64,000 nucleotides of DNA from Candidatus Coproplasma sp. (GTDB lineage Bacteria; Bacillota; Clostridia; Christensenellales; Borkfalkiaceae): assembly GCA_051884055.1 (NCBI GenBank), contig JBJEUX010000025.1, forward strand, positions 17,250 to 81,249, written 5' to 3'. This document shows positions 8,400 to 17,319 of this stretch, piece after piece. The notes under the pieces are model-generated. The model searched no databases. It was not told the DNA's origin and worked only from the letters and a program-made list of their open reading frames with translations. The translations under genes and the position numbers were made by a program. How positions within the stretch are numbered: position 1 is the first letter of the stretch; every line of letters starts with the position of its first letter.

Positions 8400-11300
8400 T
8401 TAGCTGCGGCGCCAGATATATACGGTGTACAAATCACTTAAATAACTTGCCGAAGATTTTACGTCGGATAATACCGCGGAATCTATTGCCGTACCGCTCG
8501 TTGCAGTTTCCGAAGAAAAACATTGCCAGCCGCTTGTGTTTTTAAAGGTTACGCTAGTCAGACTACTGCAACCATCGAACGCAAACTTACCGATCGAAGT
8601 TACGCTCTCCGGAATAGTGACGCTAGTCAGACTACTGCAACCACTGAACGCATAATCGCCGATCGAAGTTACGCCCTCGGGAATAACGACGCTCGTAAGA
8701 CCACTGCAACCTCTGAACGCATAATCGCCGATCGAAGTTACGCCCTCGGGAATAACGACGCTAGTCAGACTACTGCAACTACTGAACGCATAATCGCCAA
8801 TCGACGTTACGCCCTCTGGGATTACCATATCCGTTAAAAGCTCACCGTTTATATACAGATTCTGCGCAAAATATAACGGATTTGAAAAACAATCTATAAA
8901 AGTTATGCCACACCAATCTGCCACACCGCCCAGATAATATACGTTTGTCAACCCGTAACAATTTATGAACCCGTATTTGCCGATAGAAACTACGCTGTCG
9001 GGAATGGTAATATTCGTCAGGGCTGCGCAGTTTTTGAATGCATATACCAATACCTGAGTAGTTCCGTCCGGTATAATCAAATCGGTTTGCGTACTGTTGA
9101 CCGATACCAGCACTTTATCAACTCCGTCATCAAAGACGGTAAAGCCGTTTTCGTCGGTGGATAAAAAGCTATCGCCTTCCGTATATATCCTCTTAGCGTA
9201 ATAACCTACGTATCCGTTCTCTTTCGAGCCCGCAGTAATAGTGAGCGAAGATAAATTTTTTACTTCTATCAGACGCACACAATTGCTGAAAGAGCTGATG
9301 GAGATACTCTTTACGCTCTTTCCGACAGTCACGCTCGCCAGACTTATACAATCCGAAAACGCGTCTATTCCGATACTTGTTACGTTATCGGGAATTATCA
9401 CGCTCGTCAATGCAGAACAGTTTTCAAACGTATAATTATTTATTGTGCTTACTTTGTCAGGGATTGTAATGCTCGTCAAGGCACTGCAATTACAGAACGC
9501 AGAATAACCGATACCCGTCAAGCTGTCAGGCAACGTTACTGCGGTCAAGCTGAAGCAATCGCTGAACGCATAATCACCTATACCCGTCACGCCTTCGGGA
9601 ATTATCACTTCGGTCAAATCCCTCATATTGAGAAAAGCGCCGTGATTTATTTGCGTTATGTAGTCAGGTACAGTTAATTCGGTTTCCGCGCCTGTGTATG
9701 ACACCAATATCTTATCCGTTCCGTCGTCATAGATCAAGTAGCCGTTTTCATCGTAAGACAGATAGCTTTCACCTGAACTGTATACTCTCTTTGCGTAATA
9801 ACCAACGTAGCCGTTACCATCCGAACCTGCAGTTATTGATAAATCCGACTGATTTTTTATTTCAATTAATCTATAGCAATTATAGAAAGCATGATAGCCG
9901 ATTTTGGTTACGCTGCCCGGAATTACTATATCCGTCAGAGCGCTACAATTCAAAAACGCATTTTCACCGATACTCGTTATGCCGTCGGGGAGCGTAACGT
10001 TAGTCAGATATTTACAACTGTTGAACGCATTGTCATCAATTTTTGTGCCTCCTGTTATCACTACCGTTTTCAGGGATTCAGGAACACACTTATATATATA
10101 CGAACTTGCACCGAATATATAGCTGAAGTGTGTATTTGTCGTTCCGTCCTTTGTATTGCCAACGAAAGGTATGGTTAAATTTTCCAACGAATAACAACCT
10201 CTGAACGCAGCGAAGCCGATAGATTCCCCGCCCGTTACAACTACCGTTTTTAACGTTGAAGGAACGTAAACGGAATTATAGCTATACGAATTTGCACCGA
10301 ATATGTAGCCGAAATGCGTATTTTCCGTTCCGTCCACCGCTGCGCCTACAAACGGAACCGTTATGCTTTCAAGCATCGGACAAGCGCCGAACGTAGATTG
10401 GTAAATACTCTTTACGCTGTCAGGTATTACGACGTTCGTCAGACTGCTGCATCCGAAGAACGCATAACTGCCGATACTTGTTACGCCGTCGGGTATGACT
10501 AAATCCGTTACAAGCTCGTCGTTTATATAGAGATTATGCGCAACAGATAACGGATTGCCGCTTGTGCCGCCGAAACTAATACCACACCAACCGACTATAT
10601 CGCCGGTATAATTGACTTTTGTCAAGCCGCTGCAATCAGAGAACGCTCTGTTGCCGACCCAGGTTACACTGTCGGGAATCGTAACGCTCGTCAGACCGAT
10701 ACAATTTCTAAAAGCGTACTCGCCGATGCTCTCCACTCCGTCCGGGATAACAAGCTCGCCCTGTAACTCCATTCCGTCGATAAACAATCTGACGTTACCT
10801 GACATTAAATTACCCAGTCCTGAAATACCGCACCAATCTGCTATATCCCCCGTAAAGTATACGTCCGTCAGGTTGTTGCAGTAATAGAAAGCATTGTAAC
10901 CTATACTCGTTAAGCCGCTTCCCATCGTTACGCTAATCAGATTTCCACACTGATTAAAAGCACCGTTTTCTATTTCTGTTACGCCGTCCCCAAGTATTAC
11001 GTTACGTAAGTTTCCGCACCAGGAAAAAGCATCTGCTTTAATACTCGTTTCACCCGTGATCTCAACGGTTTTCAGCCTGATGGGAACTGAGCTGAATATA
11101 TAGCTGAATTTACTGCTTATTGTTCCGTCACGGGTTGCCCCCACGAAGGGAAGCGAGATGCTTTCCAAAGAATAGCAACCGACGAACGCATTAGCGCCGA
11201 TACCGGTCACGCTGTTTCCGATCGTTACGCTTGTCAGGCCGCTGCAATCAGAGAACGCTCTTTCACCAATGCTCGTTTCCCCTGTAACCACAACCGTTTT

Positions 11301-14300
11301 TAAGGTTTTGGGGACGTTATAGACTGCGGTATTTAACGGATTTACGCCGAATATATAGCCAAAGTACGTATTGCCCGTTCCGTCACTGAACTCACCGACA
11401 AAAGGAACGGTTATGCTTTCCAATGAAGAGCATCCGCCGAATGCTGAATATCCGATAGCCTTTACCCCGTCGGGAATTTCAATACTTTTCAAGCTGCTGC
11501 AATCAAGGAATGCATAATGGTTGATTTGCGAAATATCGCCAGGAACAGTTAATTCCTTTTCGGTACCCGTATATTTTACTATTATTCTATCCGTTCCGTC
11601 GTCATAGATTATATAGCCGTCTTCATCGACAGATAAATAACTTTCACCGGTATAATATATTCTCTTTGCGTAATATCCTGAATGGCCGTTATCTTCTGAA
11701 CCTGCAGTTATTGTAAGTGAAGATAAATTCTTTACTTCAAATAAACTGTAGCATTTATAGAATGCCTCAGTTCCGATACTCGTAACGCCTTTTCCTATCG
11801 TCACATTCGTCAGACATCTGCAATCATAGAACGCATAATCGCAGATATCTGTTACTCTGTTTCCTATCGTTACGCTGGTCAGACCGCTGCAATCAGAGAA
11901 CGCTGAAGAGCCGATACTCGTTACTCCGTTTCCAATCGTTACGCTGGTCAAACCGCTGTAATTAGAGAATGCATAACTGCCGATACTTGTTACGCCGTCG
12001 GGTATGACTAAATTCGTTACAAGCTCGTCGTTTATATAGAAATTATGCGCAACAGATAACGGATTGCCGCTTGTGCCGCCGAAACTAATACCACACCAAC
12101 CGCCCATATCGCCGGTATAATCGACTCTTGTCAGACCGCCGCAATCAGAGAACGCTGAAGAGCCGATGCTCGTTACACTGTTTCCTACCGTTATGCTTGT
12201 CAGACCGCTGCAATTAGAGAACGCTGAAGAGCCGATACTTGTTACGCCGTTTCCTACCGTTATGCTTGTCAGACCGCTGCAATTATAAAACGCTGAAGAG
12301 CCGATGCTTGTTACACTGTTTCCTACCGTTATGCTTGTCAGACCGCTGCAATTATAAAACGCTGAAGAGCCGATACTTGTTACGCCGTTTCCTACCGTTA
12401 CGCTTGTCAGACCGCTGCAATTATAAAACGCTGAAGAGCCGATACTTGTTACGCCGTTTCCTACCGTTACGCTTGTCAGACCGCTGCAACCATAGAACGC
12501 ATTTGAACCGATCGTTTCACCAGTAATAACAACCGTTTTTAACGTTGAAGGAACGCTTACGTAATTATTGATATACGAACTTGCGCCGAATATGTACCCG
12601 AAATAGTTATAGTTTGCAGAATTTTTCGTATTACCGACAAACGGTAAGGTTATACTTTCCAGCGAAGTACAGCCGCTGAACGAATTGCTACCGATACTTT
12701 CTACACTGTCGGGAATTATCACGCCGGTCAGACCGGTGCAACCATAGAACGCAGACTCGCCGATTGAAGTTACGCTGTCGGGAATTATCACGCCTGCCAG
12801 ACCGGTGCAATTATAGAACGCAGACTTGCCGATTGAAGTTACGCTGTCGGGAATTATCACGCCGGTCAGACCGGTGCAATTATAGAACGCAGACTCGCCG
12901 ATTGAAGTTACGCTGTCGGGAATTATAAAGTCTGCCAGACCGGTGCAATTATAGAACGCATTTGAACTGATACCCGTTACTCCGTTTCCGATCGTTACGC
13001 TTGTCAGACCGCTGCAACCATAGAACGCATTTGAACCGATCGTTTCACCAGTAATAACAACCGTTTTTAAGGTTTTAGGAATATACAAATAGCTTTCACT
13101 ATACGATTCGGCGCCGAATACGTACCCGAAATAGCTTTTGCTTGAAGAATATTTCGTATTACCGACAAACGGCAAGGTTATACTTTTCAGCGAAGTACAG
13201 CACCTGAACGCATCTCCACCGATACTTTCTACGCTGTCGGGAATTATAACGTCGGTCAGACTGCTGCAGTTATAGAACGCGCTGCTGTCGATATTATTTA
13301 CCCCGTCGGCAATCGAAACGCTGGTCAACCCGCTGCAGTTATAGAACGCAGATTTGCCTATATTCGTCACGTTGCCTGAGATTGATACGCTGGTTAAACC
13401 GCTGCAGCCGCTGAACGCTGACGTATCGATATCGGCATCCCCTGAAATCACGACTGATTTTAAGGACGCAGGAACATATGAAGAATTCTCGCTGTACGTG
13501 CCTGCGCCGAAAATATAGCCGAAATGAGTATTGCTTGTTCCGCCTTCGGACGCCCCAACAAACGGAACAGATATGCTTTCTAACGAACTGCAATTACTGA
13601 ACGCGGAAGCTCCGACAGACGTTACGCTGTCGGGAATTATTACGCTCTTCAGCTTGCCGCAATATTCAAAGGCAGAGGAAGCTATGCCCTTCACGCCGTA
13701 AGGAATCGTCACGCTACTCAGTTCGTTACAATGTGAAAATACCTGTTCACTTATACTCTCCACACTGTCGGGTATGATTACGCTTGTTAAACTGCTGCAA
13801 TACTTAAACGCAGAATCAGCTATGTTTGTCACTCCGCATTCCATTGTCAAATCCGTCAGACCGCTGCACCCCGAAAATGCAGAATTACCGATATCCGTTA
13901 CACTGGCGGAGATTGATACGCTGCGCAAATTACAGCAATTGTAGAACGCAGAAGAACCTATATTCGTCACGCCGTCCTCTATAACAACGCTATTTAAGCC
14001 GAGATAGCCGCTGAAAGAATAATTTCCGATGCCCGTCACTCCGTCGGATATTACTAAATCCTCAACCGATTTATCGTTTACATAAAAATCGGAGGCGTAA
14101 TTCAAAGGATTTGCACTTGAATTGCCGAACTTTATACTGCACCAATCTGCCATATCGCCCAAATAATTAACATTAGCCAGGTTGCGGCTATAATAAAAAC
14201 ACTCTTTGCCGAAACTCTTTACGCTGGCGGGGATTGTTACGTCCGTCAATTCGCTGCAGTATGAAAACGCATATTCTCCGATATCGGTTATGCCGTCGGG

Positions 14301-15068
14301 AATAGTTACCTTTTCAATGCTCCTGCAAATTGAAAAGGCCTTGTCCTGTATCCTGATTACTTTCTTGTTTTTGTAGTAAGTCGGTATATAGCAATTGTTT
14401 GCGCCGTACTCTTCGTCCCCCGCGCTGCATATCGCATAGCCGTCATCTTCCAAGACAAAGTCGAAGAACTTATTTGTGCCGACGGTAACACAGTCGGCGA
14501 CGACAGGGGCGCTATCCATATCCTCGCTTTCAAGACAGAATGAAAGGTCAATCTCCGCAGTCGTACTCTTCTGTGCAGAGAACGCAAGCGCTATGCGGTA
14601 GGTCTTGGACTGCTCGGCCTTGAGTTCGGGAACGGTGTACGTAAGTGTAATACTCCTCGTTTGTCCGTCTGTTTTCTCGGTGAAAGTACCCGTTGACGCC
14701 TCTTCAAGCTTGCTTGTCACATAGTCGCAGGGCGAAACGCTTAATTTTACTTTAAATTTATCGCCGACGATCCAGTCGTTTACGGAAAGATCTTTTAACG
14801 TAAAGAACACCAACGCATAGTTGGTCTTTCCCAACTCGAACGTGCGGTTCTCTTCAAGCTTGTCCTCGGTAAAGTTGCCGCTCGGACACTCGTCCTCATC
14901 AGTATAGAGAAATGAATAATCTATGAATGAATTATAGCCCTGATTGCTTTTGGGGGCTTCAATAATCTCCTCGGCGACCGTGCCGTTGCAGGCGGAAAAT
15001 ACGCAGGCTGAACACAGCGCGCATACCGCCAGAATAATCAATAAAACTTTTACCGCAAACTTTTTCAT
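8400..15068 (-). CDS. Giant surface lipoprotein built of BspA-type leucine-rich repeats
   Basis: 2222 aa. Has a signal peptide with Cys (VFSAC|NG), a ~230-aa N-terminal non-repeat region, then dozens of ~23-aa units (GVTSIGxxAFxxCxxLTSVxIP). No LPXTG motif. Has its own promoter and flanking hairpins. Confidence 0.85.
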   Translation of the reverse strand: MKKFAVKVLLIILAVCALCSACVFSACNGTVAEEIIEAPKSNQGYNSFIDYSFLYTDEDECPSGNFTEDKLEENRTFELGKTNYALVFFTLKDLSVNDWIVGDKFKVKLSVSPCDYVTSKLEEASTGTFTEKTDGQTRSITLTYTVPELKAEQSKTYRIALAFSAQKSTTAEIDLSFCLESEDMDSAPVVADCVTVGTNKFFDFVLEDDGYAICSAGDEEYGANNCYIPTYYKNKKVIRIQDKAFSICRSIEKVTIPDGITDIGEYAFSYCSELTDVTIPASVKSFGKECFYYSRNLANVNYLGDMADWCSIKFGNSSANPLNYASDFYVNDKSVEDLVISDGVTGIGNYSFSGYLGLNSVVIEDGVTNIGSSAFYNCCNLRSVSISASVTDIGNSAFSGCSGLTDLTMECGVTNIADSAFKYCSSLTSVIIPDSVESISEQVFSHCNELSSVTIPYGVKGIASSAFEYCGKLKSVIIPDSVTSVGASAFSNCSSLESISVPFVGASEGGTSNTHFGYIFGAGTYSENSSYVPASLKSVVISGDADIDTSAFSGCSGLTSVSISGNVTNIGKSAFYNCSGLTSVSIADGVNNIDSSAFYNCSSLTDVIIPDSVESIGGDAFRCCTSLKSITLPFVGNTKYSSSKSYFGYVFGAESYSESYLYIPKTLKTVVITGETIGSNAFYGCSGLTSVTIGNGVTGISSNAFYNCTGLADFIIPDSVTSIGESAFYNCTGLTGVIIPDSVTSIGKSAFYNCTGLAGVIIPDSVTSIGESAFYGCTGLTGVIIPDSVESIGSNSFSGCTSLESITLPFVGNTKNSANYNYFGYIFGASSYINNYVSVPSTLKTVVITGETIGSNAFYGCSGLTSVTVGNGVTSIGSSAFYNCSGLTSVTVGNGVTSIGSSAFYNCSGLTSITVGNSVTSIGSSAFYNCSGLTSITVGNGVTSIGSSAFSNCSGLTSITVGNSVTSIGSSAFSDCGGLTRVDYTGDMGGWCGISFGGTSGNPLSVAHNFYINDELVTNLVIPDGVTSIGSYAFSNYSGLTSVTIGNGVTSIGSSAFSDCSGLTSVTIGNRVTDICDYAFYDCRCLTNVTIGKGVTSIGTEAFYKCYSLFEVKNLSSLTITAGSEDNGHSGYYAKRIYYTGESYLSVDEDGYIIYDDGTDRIIVKYTGTEKELTVPGDISQINHYAFLDCSSLKSIEIPDGVKAIGYSAFGGCSSLESITVPFVGEFSDGTGNTYFGYIFGVNPLNTAVYNVPKTLKTVVVTGETSIGERAFSDCSGLTSVTIGNSVTGIGANAFVGCYSLESISLPFVGATRDGTISSKFSYIFSSVPIRLKTVEITGETSIKADAFSWCGNLRNVILGDGVTEIENGAFNQCGNLISVTMGSGLTSIGYNAFYYCNNLTDVYFTGDIADWCGISGLGNLMSGNVRLFIDGMELQGELVIPDGVESIGEYAFRNCIGLTSVTIPDSVTWVGNRAFSDCSGLTKVNYTGDIVGWCGISFGGTSGNPLSVAHNLYINDELVTDLVIPDGVTSIGSYAFFGCSSLTNVVIPDSVKSIYQSTFGACPMLESITVPFVGAAVDGTENTHFGYIFGANSYSYNSVYVPSTLKTVVVTGGESIGFAAFRGCYSLENLTIPFVGNTKDGTTNTHFSYIFGASSYIYKCVPESLKTVVITGGTKIDDNAFNSCKYLTNVTLPDGITSIGENAFLNCSALTDIVIPGSVTKIGYHAFYNCYRLIEIKNQSDLSITAGSDGNGYVGYYAKRVYSSGESYLSYDENGYLIYDDGTDKILVSYTGAETELTVPDYITQINHGAFLNMRDLTEVIIPEGVTGIGDYAFSDCFSLTAVTLPDSLTGIGYSAFCNCSALTSITIPDKVSTINNYTFENCSALTSVIIPDNVTSIGIDAFSDCISLASVTVGKSVKSISISSFSNCVRLIEVKNLSSLTITAGSKENGYVGYYAKRIYTEGDSFLSTDENGFTVFDDGVDKVLVSVNSTQTDLIIPDGTTQVLVYAFKNCAALTNITIPDSVVSIGKYGFINCYGLTNVYYLGGVADWCGITFIDCFSNPLYFAQNLYINGELLTDMVIPEGVTSIGDYAFSSCSSLTSVVIPEGVTSIGDYAFRGCSGLTSVVIPEGVTSIGDYAFSGCSSLTSVTIPESVTSIGKFAFDGCSSLTSVTFKNTSGWQCFSSETATSGTAIDSAVLSDVKSSASYLSDLYTVYIWRRS
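8551..8826 (-). repeat. Four tandem 69-bp (23-codon) coding repeats at the C-terminal end of the LRR gene
   Basis: Unit boundaries read at 8551, 8620, 8689 and 8758. Units are highly similar. Confidence 0.9.
10462..10646 (-). repeat. ~185-bp near-identical segment, partner of 11971-12155 within the LRR gene
   Basis: Offset is exactly 1509 bp (503 codons), with only a handful of mismatches by eye. Confidence 0.85.
11971..12155 (-). repeat. ~185-bp near-identical segment, partner of 10462-10646
   Basis: Same reading as the partner segment. Confidence 0.85.
12130..12474 (-). repeat. Five tandem, nearly identical 69-bp coding repeats (LRR units)
   Basis: Units start at 12130, 12199, 12268, 12337 and 12406. 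A diverged sixth unit follows at 12475. Confidence 0.95.
12720..12926 (-). repeat. Three tandem, nearly identical 69-bp coding repeats (LRR units)
   Basis: Units start at 12720, 12789 and 12858. A diverged unit follows. Confidence 0.9.
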
Positions 15069-15130
15069 ATTTTTCTCTTTAATTCAATACTCTGTACGGC
15101 TCAAAAATTTTAAACCGTTTTATATAATAT

Positions 15131-15159
15131 AGTTTATCATTTCAAGTATTTATTGTCAA
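15131..15159 (-). promoter_or_regulatory. Sigma-A-type promoter of the LRR gene (TTGACA-17-TAAACT)
   Basis: Minus-strand -35 at 15154-15159 and -10 at 15131-15136, about 65 nt upstream of the start codon. Confidence 0.6.
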
Positions 15160-15180
15160 TGTTAGCAAACAGTAATTGTC

Positions 15181-15216
15181 CATAAAATAAATTTATCCCC
15201 CACTTGTGTGGGGGAT
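15181..15216 (-). terminator. Terminator downstream of hemZ
   Basis: Hairpin atcccccac/gtgggggat with a 4-nt loop, followed on the minus strand by AAATTTATTTTA. Confidence 0.6.
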
Positions 15217-15275
15217 ACGTCTTTGAAACGGCAGATCGGTATTTAACGCGATTAATTAAAAGCCGATTAACTTTT

Positions 15276-15357
15276 CAAAAGAACTTATTCTTGTACAATC
15301 CAAAAGAACTTATTCTTGCACAAGCTTATTCTTTGCCAAGCTTATTCTTTACCGAAG
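15276..15357 (-). repeat. Four tandem echoes of the hemZ stop-codon region
   Basis: cttattctt occurs at 15284, 15309, 15325 and 15341 (periods 25, 16, 16). The last copy carries the real hemZ stop (tta at 15342-15344). Confidence 0.85.
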
Positions 15358-16712
15358 AGCGCGTCTCTGTCCGATATGATTTTATCGATCTTCTGAATAT
15401 AAGTGGGAATATCCTTGGGCGACGCGCAGCGCTCTATGCGTTCGTCCTCGGCAAACAGCCTCTTTGAAATGGCGTTTGCGCCCACGGCGATATTGTCGGA
15501 AATTTCTTCCATGACGTTTACGTTGTACACGCACGCCTTACCCTTCTTGCTCCAGCCGCAGTTTTCGTAGCCGCCCGCCTGATACTTCTGGCGGTACATA
15601 TAGTACGGCTCGTACCCCGCCTCGGAAAGAAGCTGACGGGAAAGTGCTATCATTTTGCCGATGCCCTCCACGTGAAGGCGGTAGGTCGTCTCCTTGAGTT
15701 TTGCGCCTGCCTTTAACGACAGAGTGTGCACGGTTATGTTTGCAGGATTGAGCGCGATTGCGCGCCTTAAAGAATTTTCGAAATCCTCGGGCGTTTCGTC
15801 GGCAAGACCTGCGATAAGGTCGACGTTTATGTCAAACCCGTATTTTTCCGCCATACCGAAAGCCTCGTACACCTGCGCGCAGGTGTGCTTTCTGCCGATT
15901 TTGACAAGCGTGGAATCGGAGAAGGACTGGGGATTTATGCAAATGCGGTTTACGCCGTAGTCCTTTGAAAGCTTAAGCTTTTCTTCGGAGAATACGTCCG
16001 GTCTGCCAGCCTCTACGGTGTACTCGGTATTTTCAAGCGAAAGAGCGTTGATTGCGGCATATACGCGCTCCAATTGCTTAGTCTCTATCGCAAAGGGCGT
16101 GCCTCCGCCGATATACACGCTGTTGGGGCGGGTGAGCAGGGGTTTTACGCTTGCAATTTCGCGTTCAAGGCAGGATATATAGCCGTCAACGTACTTTCGG
16201 GTAGCCGCAATGGGCGCTGTCACGAACGAGCAGTACTCGCACTTCGTGGGGCAGAACGGCAGACTTATAAACAGGTCCTGTCCGCCGCGGTTGGAATATA
16301 TTTCCTTCTGCGTCTGAACGACCTTTAAGACGTGTTCTGCATTTTCAGGCGCGACCTGCATTTCAGCGAACATCTCGGCAGGGTCCCTGCCCTCCGCGAT
16401 TTCCCTGTACGCGAGCTTTGTGGGGCGTATGCCCGTCAGCGCGCCGTAGGGCAGCTTTATACCCTTAGCCTTTGACAACAGGTTGTAGAACGCGAGCTTT
16501 GCAAACCTTTTTGCGTAGCGCTTAAACTGCAGATCGTCCTCGGTTTTGAGTCGGTTTTCACAGTCGTAAAACTCGCCGTTATACTCTATGCAGTTGAAAT
16601 AAGTATCCGAATAAAAGGAAAAATAATGGGTAAAATCTTCCCCTTCGGCTTCGAAGAGGCGGATTATATCCATTATTTCAGGTTGAAGAAATTGTGTATT
16701 GGTGTTAAGCAT
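15342..16712 (-). CDS. hemZ: Radical SAM protein, HemN/HemZ-like coproporphyrinogen dehydrogenase family
   Basis: 456 aa with a CxxxCxxC cluster motif (CPTKCEYC). Synteny relA-MBL-hemZ is typical of Clostridia. Confidence 0.75.
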   Translation of the reverse strand: MLNTNTQFLQPEIMDIIRLFEAEGEDFTHYFSFYSDTYFNCIEYNGEFYDCENRLKTEDDLQFKRYAKRFAKLAFYNLLSKAKGIKLPYGALTGIRPTKLAYREIAEGRDPAEMFAEMQVAPENAEHVLKVVQTQKEIYSNRGGQDLFISLPFCPTKCEYCSFVTAPIAATRKYVDGYISCLEREIASVKPLLTRPNSVYIGGGTPFAIETKQLERVYAAINALSLENTEYTVEAGRPDVFSEEKLKLSKDYGVNRICINPQSFSDSTLVKIGRKHTCAQVYEAFGMAEKYGFDINVDLIAGLADETPEDFENSLRRAIALNPANITVHTLSLKAGAKLKETTYRLHVEGIGKMIALSRQLLSEAGYEPYYMYRQKYQAGGYENCGWSKKGKACVYNVNVMEEISDNIAVGANAISKRLFAEDERIERCASPKDIPTYIQKIDKIISDRDALFGKE

Positions 16713-17316
16713 TTCCGTTAATATAGGGGTTGTAAATCCGTTCGTGATTCAAGGTAGTATCCTCGCCGTGACCGCAATATACCTTGTAATCTCCTGCGAG
16801 CGCGTAGAGCTTTTTCACGCTCCTTGTAAGCTGAGACGCGCTGCCCGTGGAAAAGTCGGTTCTGCCCACGCTCTCGAAAAAGAGCGTATCGCCCGAAAAG
16901 ATATTGTCCTGCACGACGTAGCACACGCCGCCGCGGGTGTGACCGGGAGTCGATATAACCTTAATTCTGATTCCGCAGAGCTCCAGCTCCTCCCCGTCCC
17001 TGACCGTACGGGAAATTTCGAAGTGCGGTATGGTTATGCCGTGGAATATTGCGCGGTTGTCCTCGGAGAAGATCAGATCTTCCTCGTCCTTTCCGCAGAT
17101 TATCTTTGCGCCCGCCTGATACAGCGCTCCGCAGCCGCCGATATGGTCGTAATGACAGTGGGTCAACAGCACATATTCGGGGGTCAATCCCAATTCCCTG
17201 CACTTGTCAAGCACGTGGGGCTGGGCGCAGTCGATTACTATGCAGGTCTTTCCGTCCGCCGTGAGAATATAGGTATTTGAAGCAAATCCGAAGGGATAAA
17301 TTTTATGAATTTTCAT
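16705..17316 (-). CDS. MBL-fold metallo-hydrolase
   Basis: 203 aa with an HxHxDH motif (THCHYDHIGG). Has an 8-nt overlap with hemZ. Confidence 0.85.
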   Translation of the reverse strand: MKIHKIYPFGFASNTYILTADGKTCIVIDCAQPHVLDKCRELGLTPEYVLLTHCHYDHIGGCGALYQAGAKIICGKDEEDLIFSEDNRAIFHGITIPHFEISRTVRDGEELELCGIRIKVISTPGHTRGGVCYVVQDNIFSGDTLFFESVGRTDFSTGSASQLTRSVKKLYALAGDYKVYCGHGEDTTLNHERIYNPYINGNA

Positions 17317-17319
17317 CGC

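Noticed and set aside
8551-12926. Regularly spaced 69-bp repeats considered as a possible CRISPR array
   Set aside because: The units are contiguous with no spacers. They lie in frame inside one long ORF, each encodes one 23-aa LRR unit, and they vary gradually. No cas genes are present. The repeat-shaped antisense ORFs at 8523-8837(+) and 12239-12526(+) are by-products.
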